64,000 nt of DNA from Candidatus Omnitrophota bacterium (GCA_002753465.1 PEAF01000001.1:5455-69454), one strand, 5' to 3'; positions 53,618 to 63,253 are shown, counted from the first letter of the stretch. Made by a program: numbers and translations. The notes: generated from the sequence alone by a model not told the origin.

Positions 53618-53647
53618 AATCTTCCTGAAAATATTTTCAGGAAGATT
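53618..53647. promoter_or_regulatory. Perfect 30-bp palindrome between the NRAMP stop and the REC gene start
   Basis: AATCTTCCTGAAAATATTTTCAGGAAGATT equals its own reverse complement (checked by hand). No T-run follows on the minus strand. Confidence 0.5.
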
Positions 53648-53718
53648 TTAGCAGTATACAAACGATTGATTAACATTTCAATTTATTATCTCGTCAGTGA
53701 GTATCCCAGAATAAAGAA

Positions 53719-55005
53719 TTATTTAATAAGTAGATTAAAGATATTCTTGAAGAGGGGCTCTAAAGGCGATATTAACATTAAGATTGTTAAGCAGATCAAT
53801 ATAAAGGTTGTGCCTAGCCCGACAATGTTCTGAAATCGATTATTAACATATTCACCCATGATGTAACGGCTGTTAACCATATAGATCATGGAGATTAGAA
53901 CAACGGGTAAAAGCATGGCGTTAATGATCTGTGACCATATGGTGATCATGATGAGCGGAGCGTTTGGCCAAAGGATGATACCGACAGCGATCGCTATGAT
54001 GCTGCCAAAAAGCCAATAGAACTGCGGAGCTTCATCCACACGTTTATCGATCCCGGCTTCAAATCCGAAGGCTTCGCAAACATAGAAAGCTGTTGCCAAT
54101 GGCAGGATCGTTGCAGAAAATGCTGAAGCGATAAACAGACCGAAGGCAAAGAATTGTGATGCCAGGACGCCAGCGAATGGCTTAAGGGCCATGGCGGCAT
54201 CACTTGCCTCTTTAATGACAATGCCATTTTTGTTCAGGGTTGCCGCGCAGGCAACGATGATGAAAAATGCTACTACCACGGTCGCTGTGCAGCCGATGAT
54301 CACGTCAATAAGCGCATATTTATATTCTTTGACCGTAATGCCTTTTTCAATGACCGCGGATTGCATATAAAATTGCATCCACGGTGCGATGGTCGTACCG
54401 ATGATCCCAAGGACCATGCCTAGGTACTCATTATCCATTTTAACGGAAGGATGGACAAAAGCATGTCCGATAGCCGGCCAGTCTGGCTTGGCCATAAGCG
54501 CTGAAATGATGTAAAACAAAAGACAGAAACTGAAGAAAAGGAATATCCGTTCGGCGATCTTATAATTCCCTTTTGTAGCCAGGACCCAGACAGCAAAGGC
54601 GGTCAATGGCACAGAAATATATTTGCTGACACCAAAGATCGACATACTGCCGGCTACACCGGCAAATTCAGTCGCGGTATTACCGATGTCAGCAATGATG
54701 AGGCCGACGAAAATAAACGCGGTGATCTTAACGCCAAAGTTTTCACGGATAAGGTCAGCAAGGCCCTTACCGGTTATCATACCCATGCGCAGGTTCATTT
54801 CCTGGATGACCAAAAGGGCAATGAATGACGGGATCAGTGTCCATAGAAGATTGTAGCCATACAGAGCTCCGGCTACAGAATACGTTGTAATGCCACCGGC
54901 ATCGTTATCAACGCTCCCGGTAACAATGCCTGGCCCTAAAATAGCCAGAAAAATGACAATGTTTCGAAAAGCAGGGCTATTTTTAAAGTTCTCAATTATT
55001 TTCAT
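53719..55005 (-). CDS. NRAMP-family divalent metal cation transporter (MntH-like)
   Basis: 428 aa, about 11 TM. LGPGIVTGSVDNDAGGITTYS (the DPGN-like first motif region) and ..TIAPWMQFYMQSAV... Confidence 0.85.
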   Translation of the reverse strand: MKIIENFKNSPAFRNIVIFLAILGPGIVTGSVDNDAGGITTYSVAGALYGYNLLWTLIPSFIALLVIQEMNLRMGMITGKGLADLIRENFGVKITAFIFVGLIIADIGNTATEFAGVAGSMSIFGVSKYISVPLTAFAVWVLATKGNYKIAERIFLFFSFCLLFYIISALMAKPDWPAIGHAFVHPSVKMDNEYLGMVLGIIGTTIAPWMQFYMQSAVIEKGITVKEYKYALIDVIIGCTATVVVAFFIIVACAATLNKNGIVIKEASDAAMALKPFAGVLASQFFAFGLFIASAFSATILPLATAFYVCEAFGFEAGIDKRVDEAPQFYWLFGSIIAIAVGIILWPNAPLIMITIWSQIINAMLLPVVLISMIYMVNSRYIMGEYVNNRFQNIVGLGTTFILICLTILMLISPLEPLFKNIFNLLIK

Positions 55006-55026
55006 GAATATTCCCAGTGCAGCACA

Positions 55027-56328
55027 TTACAGTTGATCCTTATATTTGCCCCATGTTAATGTGATCAGTTCTTCCATGACATCATCCACCGTAATGGCAC
55101 CCACGAGGACATCATCGTCATTAACGACGGGGATGGCAGAATATTTGTATTGTTCAATAAGAACAGCAACCTTCTCCATGCCGTCGTCTGTATGGACAAA
55201 GATCTTTTGAGCGTGGCATGTAGTGATGATGGGACGTTCAGGCGGTTCATTGATGAAACGCCTGATTGTTGTTGTACCTAAGTACTTATTTTGGTCATCT
55301 ACAACATAAATCGTATTAAAACTTCCCGGGAAATCGACAGAGCTTTTCAGTTTATTCATGGCATCAGCAACAGTGGCGTCTTTCCCCAGGCTTAGGAATT
55401 CGGTGGCCATGAGGCCTCCCGCTGAATCTTTACGGAAACCTAAAAGAGCACGTAATCGTTTCGAAGCTTGAGATTCCATTAAACGCATCAGTTGCTGAAC
55501 GCGTGTTTTAGGAATACTCATCAAAAAGTCAGCGGCTTCATCAGAAGGGATATTAGAGATCAGTTGTACCAATTCCCTGTCGTCAAGAAGTCCCACAAGG
55601 CCTAATTTGTCATCAGGTGTCATGTCTGTAAATACCTTTAGTTGTATATCAAAGGCAAGGGTACGGAAAACAGACAGCTGCTCAAAAATGTCCAGGTCAC
55701 GCATAATATCGGCCAGTGCTACAGGAGGGATTTTGGCGATCTTCGCGCGTGCTACGTCAAGTTTAAGGACGTTCTTTTGATTACCTAGTGTAAGAACTTG
55801 AGAGTTTTTCCATGAAACAAGTTCATCGGCGGTCAGATAATCAGCATTGGGTTTAAATGTACGTACAATAAAATCAACGAAGGGGTTGATGCCAAGTCGA
55901 CTGATGAGTGAGCGAAGGCCGACATCGACATGCGCCACGTGGTACTGGTTCTCCACTTTTAGAAGATGAACATCATTGACGCGAACGACCTTTTTATTTT
56001 CGACATCAACAATTTGCTGGTCCAGAACATCACGCCTCAGCGCAAATTCAACGTCTAACTTGGACCTGTGGCGATGGATGGCGGAAAGAGGAACGCGTAA
56101 ATGGATCTGATCAGCAAAACGTACGACATCGCTGATAGGGATCTCCATATAAAAGGGCGATATCAGTCCATCTTTAACGATGATCCCTTTAGCCCTGGGG
56201 TAAATATCATTGTTAAGGGCCATTGAAAAGTCGTAGAGCCTGCCGATGTATTTTCCATCAGCATCAATGACCTTCATGTCAAGAAGGTCGGAAAAATAGA
56301 TAAAAAATGGGTTAGCTATCGTATTCAT
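55027..56328 (-). CDS. Soluble PRC-barrel-like + MgtE N-terminal + tandem CBS domain protein (no transporter membrane domain)
   Basis: 433 aa. The middle ..LADIMRDLDIFEQLSVFRTL...LVGLLDDRELVQLISNIPSDEAADFL.. is MgtE_N-like. The C-terminal CBS pair is ..ATEFLSLGKDATVADAM... and ...AIPVVNDDDVLVGAITVDDVMEE. The protein ends without TM helices. Confidence 0.8.
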   Translation of the reverse strand: MNTIANPFFIYFSDLLDMKVIDADGKYIGRLYDFSMALNNDIYPRAKGIIVKDGLISPFYMEIPISDVVRFADQIHLRVPLSAIHRHRSKLDVEFALRRDVLDQQIVDVENKKVVRVNDVHLLKVENQYHVAHVDVGLRSLISRLGINPFVDFIVRTFKPNADYLTADELVSWKNSQVLTLGNQKNVLKLDVARAKIAKIPPVALADIMRDLDIFEQLSVFRTLAFDIQLKVFTDMTPDDKLGLVGLLDDRELVQLISNIPSDEAADFLMSIPKTRVQQLMRLMESQASKRLRALLGFRKDSAGGLMATEFLSLGKDATVADAMNKLKSSVDFPGSFNTIYVVDDQNKYLGTTTIRRFINEPPERPIITTCHAQKIFVHTDDGMEKVAVLIEQYKYSAIPVVNDDDVLVGAITVDDVMEELITLTWGKYKDQL

Positions 56329-56374
56329 CAGGTATTAACTTTATCACAGCATTAGTTGCCAAGGCTAGTTAAGA

Positions 56375-57745
56375 TTAATTTTTATAGTAATTAAGACCTA
56401 TCGCCTGCATGATCGAGGCTAGTACGAAATTAAATGGTTTATTGAAATGAGGCAGAAAATATACATCCGTAAAGGCGATGTCCAGTAAGGTCAGTTTTTG
56501 CTGTATCGCCAGGGCCAGGTAATAAATGACTTCCGTGTGGCTGGTATCGCCATAGGATCCGATCTGGGCTCCCAGCAGGCGCAAGGTGTCTTTATCATAG
56601 ACAAGCTTGATCTTGGTTTTGCCGTAGGAACTCATGAATTCCGGGCGGTCATTATCTTCGATATAGCTTGAGGCAACATTAAGCTTAAGCCGTCGGGCGG
56701 TCTCTTCATTTATTCCTGTGCTGGCCAGTTTGTTCGCAAAGACACAAATGGCATTAGTCCCGGCGACACTGGCAATTTTGATATTTTCATTGCCATTAAT
56801 ATGACTTGCCGCTGTGATGCCGGATTTTACGGCGTTAGTGGCCAGAGCGACCTGCTGATGTGATTGGAATGCGGCATGGTACATGGCACAGGCGTCACCG
56901 ATGGCATAAATATCGGGGAGATTCGTGCGCATGTATTGATCAACAATGATGGCATTGTTGGATGTCTTTTTGGCATCCGGCAGCAGTTCAGTGTTCGGTT
57001 TGAACCCAACGCATTTGATCACCAGGTCCGCAGCGTATGAACCCTTGTCAGTGATGACATGGGTTACTTTATTGTTCTCGCCTTTAAAATCAATAACCTT
57101 CTCCCCTAAGGCAAGTTTGATGCCGGCTTTAATGATATCGCTTTCAAGTTGTGATGTGAATTCCGGATCAAAATAACGTGCCAGGGTGCGTTTATCGAAG
57201 TCAATGAGCGTCACACTTTTGCCCTTATGACAATAGGCTTCAGCAAGCTCGACGCCAATATACCCTGAACCTATGACGGCTACATTCTTGATGGACGTGT
57301 CATCGGCTTTGCGGATGAGTTCCTGGGCGTGCTGGTAAAGTTTGCAAATGTCCACGTTCGTAAGAGCGCTGTTTTCCTGGGGTATGTTCGGTATGTCGAT
57401 AGGCCATGACCCAGCGGCATAGATCAATTTATCGTAAGTGTCTTCAAAGACATTATTCGTAGACAGGTCTTTAACCGTGACAGTTTTTGTTAGAGGGTTG
57501 ATGGCGATGACATCATGGTTCATTTTGATATTGGCGCCTTTCTTCTCAAGTTGTACCGGCGTGCAATAAAAAAGGTCATTGATGTTCTTAACAGTCCCCC
57601 CTACTACAAGGGCGATACCGCATCCGAGGAAAGAGATATTCGTATTCCTGTCGTAGGCCGTTATTTGGTGGGCGCTGTTTTGAGCCAGCAGTGTTCTTAG
57701 GGCGGAGGTACCCGCGTGATTGATGCCGATAATGATGATCTTCAT
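56375..57745 (-). CDS. FAD-dependent pyridine nucleotide-disulfide oxidoreductase (NADH oxidase/peroxidase/CoA-disulfide reductase family)
   Basis: MKIIIIGINHAGTSA (FAD fold), the single redox Cys context ISFLGCGIAL, and the second dinucleotide fold VAVIGSGYIGVELAE. Confidence 0.85.
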   Translation of the reverse strand: MKIIIIGINHAGTSALRTLLAQNSAHQITAYDRNTNISFLGCGIALVVGGTVKNINDLFYCTPVQLEKKGANIKMNHDVIAINPLTKTVTVKDLSTNNVFEDTYDKLIYAAGSWPIDIPNIPQENSALTNVDICKLYQHAQELIRKADDTSIKNVAVIGSGYIGVELAEAYCHKGKSVTLIDFDKRTLARYFDPEFTSQLESDIIKAGIKLALGEKVIDFKGENNKVTHVITDKGSYAADLVIKCVGFKPNTELLPDAKKTSNNAIIVDQYMRTNLPDIYAIGDACAMYHAAFQSHQQVALATNAVKSGITAASHINGNENIKIASVAGTNAICVFANKLASTGINEETARRLKLNVASSYIEDNDRPEFMSSYGKTKIKLVYDKDTLRLLGAQIGSYGDTSHTEVIYYLALAIQQKLTLLDIAFTDVYFLPHFNKPFNFVLASIMQAIGLNYYKN

Positions 57746-58530
57746 GGATGGCTCCTATGGTTCGTGTTATTCAATTTATCAACGGTCCCGCAGACAGGGC
57801 ATTGTTGCATACGCAGTGGTTTCTCAAGATTAGAGCGATGCAAAAGGGTCGTATCTTTAAAAAGTTCTGCAGTCGGCCCGTCGGCAACTACACGCCCTTC
57901 ATGTAAGACGATGGTGCGTTCACATAGATCCATCGCCATGTCCAGATCGTGCGTGGCAATGATCTTAGTGTGACGGAATGTTTTTAATAATTTGATCAGG
58001 TTTAAGCGTGATGTAGGGTCAAGGCTTGATGTGGGTTCATCCATGACCAGAATATCCGGCGACATGGCCAGCACCGTTGCAATAGCTACAGAGCGTTTCT
58101 CGCCTTGTGAAAGCCTGTAGGGCGGCCGTTTTGATAAATGGGATGCGCCTACGGTGGTAAGAGCTTCACGGACTCTTTTTTCGACCTCTGCCTTTTCAAG
58201 GCCAAGGTTCATGGGGCCAAAGGCGACATCATCAAAGACGGTGGGCATGAATAATTGATCATCAGAGTTCTGAAAGACCATGCCCACTGTACGGCGGATG
58301 ATATTCAGGTTATGGGTTGTGACCGGGGCATCGCCGATACGCATTTCACCGCGCGAGGCTAAAAGGTAGCCGTTCGTGTGCATGAGGAGGGTTGATTTTC
58401 CGGCGCCATTCTCCCCCACCAGGGCGATAGATTCACCGTGGGTGATGCGGAAAGTAACTCCCTGAAGGCCTATTGTGCCGTCAGAGTACGTGTAATGAAG
58501 GTCACGGGCTTCGACTATATGATGGCTCAC
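57742..58530 (-). CDS. cbiO: ECF-transporter ATPase (CbiO/EcfA-like)
   Basis: Walker A GENGAGKST, signature LSQGEKRSV and Walker B LVMDEPTSSLD. Short C-terminal tail with CPVCG. ATGA-type overlaps on both sides. Confidence 0.9.
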   Translation of the reverse strand: MSHHIVEARDLHYTYSDGTIGLQGVTFRITHGESIALVGENGAGKSTLLMHTNGYLLASRGEMRIGDAPVTTHNLNIIRRTVGMVFQNSDDQLFMPTVFDDVAFGPMNLGLEKAEVEKRVREALTTVGASHLSKRPPYRLSQGEKRSVAIATVLAMSPDILVMDEPTSSLDPTSRLNLIKLLKTFRHTKIIATHDLDMAMDLCERTIVLHEGRVVADGPTAELFKDTTLLHRSNLEKPLRMQQCPVCGTVDKLNNTNHRSHP

Positions 58531-59339
58531 TTAACTACTCCAGTGACAAGATCGCCTAATAAAACAGGAATATTATAAAGCCTGAACAGTAAGAATAATG
58601 ATACCCATACTGCCACAAAACTGAACTCTTTCCATGTATTTTTTATTGTCTTGGTCATGTGGATGTGCCCGTTAAATCCACGGGAACACATAGCCAGATA
58701 GATCCTCTCCGCACGATCTAGCGTGCGCAGCAGCAAATGTCCGATGAATGAACTGAATGTGTAGAGTTTCATTGAGGAAGTATTGAATGAACGAAGAGCC
58801 CGGGCTCTGTCCATGCGTTGAGCTTCATCCGTTAGAACGAACAGGTAACGGTAGAAAAATAAGAGCTGGATGACAAATGGCCTTGGGATGCCAAGTTTGA
58901 TCAGGGCTTCGCATACGGCATTAAAGCCGGTCAGGGATATGAGGATCAACGCGGCAGACACGGTCAGAAGTGATTTTATGATAATAGAAAAGAAAGATAC
59001 CCACCCGTCAGATACTTCCATGTTGCCAATATGAAACAGTATCTGCGTGTCAATGATCGGATTGAATATGCCGATGAGAATGGCAAAAGGACAAACCAAA
59101 AGCACTTTATTTATGATGTACCTGGCAGGTATCTTTCCCGACGTGATAAGGGCGGCTGGATAAAGGAAGAAAGGAAGAAAGGCTGACAGGGTGTATTTGT
59201 CAAATGAAACAACAGTCACGATAAATAATAAGGTCGTGATCAGTTTTGCCCGCGGGTCAAGGCGGTGCAAGGGACTGTCGCCTGCGGAGAGCGTGTCCAT
59301 ATAATTAATATCAAAATAATTTCTGCCGATATTATTCAT
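58527..59339 (-). CDS. cbiQ: ECF-transporter transmembrane T component (CbiQ/EcfT-like)
   Basis: 270 aa. ..SPLHRLDPRAKL... at the N-terminus and ..ERIYLAMCSRGF.. are typical CbiQ motifs. Confidence 0.85.
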   Translation of the reverse strand: MNNIGRNYFDINYMDTLSAGDSPLHRLDPRAKLITTLLFIVTVVSFDKYTLSAFLPFFLYPAALITSGKIPARYIINKVLLVCPFAILIGIFNPIIDTQILFHIGNMEVSDGWVSFFSIIIKSLLTVSAALILISLTGFNAVCEALIKLGIPRPFVIQLLFFYRYLFVLTDEAQRMDRARALRSFNTSSMKLYTFSSFIGHLLLRTLDRAERIYLAMCSRGFNGHIHMTKTIKNTWKEFSFVAVWVSLFLLFRLYNIPVLLGDLVTGVVK

Positions 59340-60165
59340 CGCCGGCTTTCACACGATCGGATGAAGTGTTTTGATAAGAGTTTGAATACAGCCGTGATTT
59401 TGAAATAGACCATTCCAGTCCGTCGGGATCCTTTGAGGAGAATCTGCTTAAAAGAGTTCCGAAGATCAAGGCGCACGCCGCAAAACCAAGCAGAATGCCG
59501 CGGAGATCCAAAATTTTATCTGAAGGAGACGGCATGACGACTTCCGGGCGGGCTTTCCACACAAAAGTCACAACAGCCGCTGTGGCGATGCCCTCAACAA
59601 TGCCGATAGCCAGGTGGATAGGCTGCATCAGAAGGATGAATGTTTTAAAAGACAGTGAGGATATGCCCGAAAGAAATGTTTCAATGACGACGCCAAAAGC
59701 GCCTAATTGCAGCCCGATGATCGAGGCGATAACGCTGGCGAGCATAATGCGGCCTTGTTTTGGTTTGTCGTGGACAATAAGGCGATAAATAAGCGGATAA
59801 GCGATGAAGCATGGAAAGAATCCCAGATTAACAACATTACAACCCAGGGCCAGTAAGCCGCCATCAGCAAAAAAGAGTGCCTGTACAAAAAGAACTGAGG
59901 CCATGACCAGGAATGCGGCATAAGGTCCCAGCAGGATAGCCAGGATCATGCCTCCGCCTAAGTGTCCGCTGGATCCTGTTGCCGGGATAGTGAAATTGAT
60001 CATTTGGACGGCGAAGATGAACGCGCCCAGAACACCCATGAGTGGGACTTTGCGGTCATCCCCCTGAGCCGTTACTTTTTTCGAACTATGGGCAATAAGG
60101 CCTGCCGTGGCAAGCCACATTGTTCCGCCAACAGCGGGAGAAATTAAGGCATCAGCCATGTGCAT
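59332..60165 (-). CDS. cbiM: Cobalt/nickel ECF substrate-capture component CbiM fused to a C-terminal PDGLE-type segment
   Basis: The N-terminus MHMADALISPAVGG is the conserved CbiM/NikM metal-binding start. The C-terminal ..SSKDPDGLEWS.. is the PDGLE motif, usually on a separate small protein. Confidence 0.85.
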   Translation of the reverse strand: MHMADALISPAVGGTMWLATAGLIAHSSKKVTAQGDDRKVPLMGVLGAFIFAVQMINFTIPATGSSGHLGGGMILAILLGPYAAFLVMASVLFVQALFFADGGLLALGCNVVNLGFFPCFIAYPLIYRLIVHDKPKQGRIMLASVIASIIGLQLGAFGVVIETFLSGISSLSFKTFILLMQPIHLAIGIVEGIATAAVVTFVWKARPEVVMPSPSDKILDLRGILLGFAACALIFGTLLSRFSSKDPDGLEWSISKSRLYSNSYQNTSSDRVKAGDE

Positions 60166-60198
60166 GAACAGGTGCTCTTTTCAGTTCGTGTTCGATTC

Positions 60199-61062
60199 TT
60201 AAACATTAGTATTAACTAGTTTAGTTGTCAAACGGCCAGCTAGAACGGAGATGACATAACACCCTGCAGAAAACAGGACGATCGTTGCGCCTGATGCTGT
60301 CCCCCAATAATATGATGCGATCAGTCCGGTAATGCCAGAGACAAGACTGAACACGACAGCCCAGAATGTGTAGGCCCGCGTATCACGCGCAAAATTACGG
60401 CTGGCAGCGGCAGGTAATACTAAAAGCGAGTTAATGATCAGGACGCCGACCAGGCGTATCGAAAGCATGACTATGACGGCGAGCAGTATGGTGAATGTGG
60501 TTTCCAGGAGGAATACTTTTATACGACGGCTACGTGCCAGGGAGCTGTTAACGCTGGTCAGGATGAGTGCATTGCCCGCAATACACCAATAAACCAGAAC
60601 AAAAAAGAATATGACCGCCAACCAGTTGATCTCCGCAGGAGTAACGGCAAGGATATCTCCGATAAGGTATTTCGTGTATTTTACAAAACCTCCCTGTCGA
60701 CTCAGTATTGTGATCCCCAGCGCTACCATGAATGCAAGGAACACGCCAAGAACAGTATCTGTAGAAGTGCGTGTCAGTCCTTTAAAAATATTAACAAGAA
60801 TGGCTAAAAAGACCGCCATCAGGATCATAGGCCATGTGGGATCATGAATGCCGCAGAGAACCCCGATACCGATCCCGGCGAGCGCTGAATGGCCAAGGAC
60901 ATCGGTAAAAAATGCCATACGGTTACTGACGACCATGGTCCCTAAAACAGCATAGATAGGTGTGATGATCACAATGGCTAAAAGGGCATTTTTCATAAAG
61001 ATGTAATGTCCCCAGTCAAACGGCAGCAAGACATCAACTAATTTATACCAGGTCTCGATCAT
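60199..61062 (-). CDS. Metal (Zn/Mn-type) ABC transporter permease
   Basis: 287 aa with about 8 TM helices, ZnuB/TroC-like (..LGHSALAGIGIGVL...). Operon position is between the ATPase gene and the 3' end. Confidence 0.85.
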   Translation of the reverse strand: MIETWYKLVDVLLPFDWGHYIFMKNALLAIVIITPIYAVLGTMVVSNRMAFFTDVLGHSALAGIGIGVLCGIHDPTWPMILMAVFLAILVNIFKGLTRTSTDTVLGVFLAFMVALGITILSRQGGFVKYTKYLIGDILAVTPAEINWLAVIFFFVLVYWCIAGNALILTSVNSSLARSRRIKVFLLETTFTILLAVIVMLSIRLVGVLIINSLLVLPAAASRNFARDTRAYTFWAVVFSLVSGITGLIASYYWGTASGATIVLFSAGCYVISVLAGRLTTKLVNTNV

Positions 61063-61862
61063 AATGATCTTTCATTGGATATAGTGGGCAGTGAAGATAT
61101 ATTCCATAAACCGGGGCCGAAGATTTGGATCAGTTTTTCGTTGGAAAGAACATCTTTCGGATTCCCCTCAGCCACGATCGCGTGATTAAGAAGGACCAGG
61201 CGGTCAACGTACTCGGATATGCCGGAAAGGTCATGCGTGACCAGAATTACGGAAATGTCATGTTGTTTTCTAAGGTCACGGACAAGTTGATAGAAGAGCC
61301 CGAGTCCTTTGGCATCCACGCCGCTGCCGGGTTCATCCAGCAGTAATAATTCCGGTTTCGCGGTCATGGCGATCGCCAGTAAAACCCTTTGGAGTTCGCC
61401 GCCAGACAACTCTCCGATCCGCCTTGTGATCAAATCATCGGCGGCAAACACACTGAGGATGCGTTTAACTTTTTCAAAAGATTTAGTACTGATCCCCCAC
61501 CAGACTGGCCTTTGGCTTACCGCGGCAACAACCAAATCAGCGACACTGACCGGAGAGTCTATTTCAAAATGAAGCTTTTGCGGAACATATCCGATACGCG
61601 GTCTTCTGCGTTCGACCCCGCCCATAAGAGACGACATGGTCCCTTGATACGGAACCTCACCCAGGATAGCGCGCAGGAGCGTTGATTTCCCGGCACCATT
61701 CGGCCCTACGATGGCCACAACTTCACCGCAATGAACGTGAAGGTTTATCCCATCAAGGATCGTGTGGCCGGAAAGACAGACCGTCAGATCCTGGATTTTA
61801 ATACAACAGTGCCGGCATGACGGTTCGAGGGTGGCATTGGGTTGATCATTTTGAGAAAGCAT
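61059..61862 (-). CDS. Metal (Zn/Mn-type) ABC transporter ATP-binding protein
   Basis: Walker A GPNGAGKST, signature LSGGELQRV and Walker B LLLDEPGSGVD. Confidence 0.9.
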   Translation of the reverse strand: MLSQNDQPNATLEPSCRHCCIKIQDLTVCLSGHTILDGINLHVHCGEVVAIVGPNGAGKSTLLRAILGEVPYQGTMSSLMGGVERRRPRIGYVPQKLHFEIDSPVSVADLVVAAVSQRPVWWGISTKSFEKVKRILSVFAADDLITRRIGELSGGELQRVLLAIAMTAKPELLLLDEPGSGVDAKGLGLFYQLVRDLRKQHDISVILVTHDLSGISEYVDRLVLLNHAIVAEGNPKDVLSNEKLIQIFGPGLWNISSLPTISNERSL

Positions 61863-62745
61863 TTTTCAAGACCTCAACATTAGTTTCCATGATCTTCACG
61901 TACGCGTTAGGATCATCGGGACCACTGACAGAAGGATCAAGGGTATAAACCGTTGCGCCTGTTTCTGCGGCAATCGTCTGTGCCGCAAGGGCAGGATATT
62001 GCGGTTCACTGAATAAAACCTTGATGCCAGAGCTGTTAACCGTATCAATTGTTTGTGCCAATTCCCGGGCACTCGGTTCACTGCCCGGTTCACGTTCGAC
62101 AACAGTCACGATATTAAGATCAAATTCCTGGGCGAAATATGTGAACGCTTCATGAAATGTAATGATCTTTCTTGCCTTATATGGCGCCAGAGCGGCATGC
62201 ATTTTTTGACGCAAGGTTTCAAGTTTAGATAAATACGCCTGAGTATTCCTGCGATAAAGTTCAGCATGTCGTGGGTCGGCCTTTTGCATATCTAAACCAA
62301 GGTTCCTGACCTGATTGATCGCATTTAGAACGCTTACCCATACATGCGGGTTATCGGTGTCACGGCCGGCCTCTTTTATAAGCGGGATACCCTCAGATAA
62401 TTTAAGGATATTGACCTTGGGGTATTGCATCATGATCCGATCAAGGAATGATTCCATGCCAGCGCCATTGGAAACAAAGATGTCGGCATCAGCCAGTTTT
62501 TTCATGTCATTTGTTGTGGCGGCATAATCATGTAAGCATCCGGTCATGGGAGGGGTAAGATTTGTGAGCGTTACGCCGGGGACATCTTTCAGCACATTCA
62601 GCGCCATAATATACATAGGATAAAATGACGTCACGACGCGGATCGTTCGATGTGACGGGTCTGTCAGGGTTTGCGCCTGTGTGACGGGGACAAATAAAAG
62701 CATAGCCCATGTACTTAAAATGAAAACTATTGATGACTTTTTCAT
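61846..62745 (-). CDS. Metal (Zn/Mn-type) ABC transporter substrate-binding protein (cluster A-I, ZnuA/TroA-like)
   Basis: Signal peptide. ..IRVVTSFYPMY... ..GCLHDY.. ..DNPHVW.. ..ITFHEAFTYFA.. are typical metal-ligand His/Asp contexts. Confidence 0.85.
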   Translation of the reverse strand: MKKSSIVFILSTWAMLLFVPVTQAQTLTDPSHRTIRVVTSFYPMYIMALNVLKDVPGVTLTNLTPPMTGCLHDYAATTNDMKKLADADIFVSNGAGMESFLDRIMMQYPKVNILKLSEGIPLIKEAGRDTDNPHVWVSVLNAINQVRNLGLDMQKADPRHAELYRRNTQAYLSKLETLRQKMHAALAPYKARKIITFHEAFTYFAQEFDLNIVTVVEREPGSEPSARELAQTIDTVNSSGIKVLFSEPQYPALAAQTIAAETGATVYTLDPSVSGPDDPNAYVKIMETNVEVLKNAFSK

Positions 62746-62767
62746 AAGATAACCTTGCCTGGGCCGA

Positions 62768-63199
62768 TCACTCTTTACAGCGAATACATAAACCTTCGAT
62801 ATTTAAAGAATGGCGTTCAACCACGCCCCCCAACTTTTTGGCGATCAGTTTCGAGATGGCGTCAAAATTACAGTAATCGACCTCATCAACGTTATGGCAC
62901 TTTCGGCAAACAAAATGGTGGTGATGAACCTTTGGTTTTCCGCACAGTGCATAAGATAAAAGGCGGTTGTCAGAAAGGACGGGGACTAAAATGCCTATTG
63001 AGGATAATTCTTCAAGGATACGGTAGATCGTCGGGATACCTAGCGGCGTGATCACAGCCTTTAGCATTTGATGTACGTCTTGAGGGGCAAGGATGCGCTT
63101 TTCTTTAATGAAGAGCTCAATGACGGATCTGCGTTTAGGGGTAAGCTTAAATCCCTGGGACCTGAGGATCGATAAGTACGCGTCTAGTATGTTAGCCAT
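62768..63199 (-). CDS. Fur-family metalloregulator (Zur/Fur-like)
   Basis: Winged-helix N-terminus (..GFKLTPKRRSVIELF...) and a C-terminus with HHHHFVCRKCHNV...CIRC (structural Zn CxxC pairs). The start was taken at ATG 63199. Confidence 0.85.
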   Translation of the reverse strand: MANILDAYLSILRSQGFKLTPKRRSVIELFIKEKRILAPQDVHQMLKAVITPLGIPTIYRILEELSSIGILVPVLSDNRLLSYALCGKPKVHHHHFVCRKCHNVDEVDYCNFDAISKLIAKKLGGVVERHSLNIEGLCIRCKE

Positions 63200-63231
63200 A
63201 GGGGTTAATTCTAGCATAAAATACACGCCCG

Positions 63232-63253
63232 TAAACAGAAACTTTTCTGTTTA
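63232..63253. promoter_or_regulatory. 22-bp inverted repeat upstream of the Fur-family gene (candidate auto-operator)
   Basis: TAAACAGAAA-ct-TTTCTGTTTA, located 33 nt upstream of the ATG at 63199. The fur-like gene is followed 22 nt later by the metal ABC operon. Confidence 0.45.
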
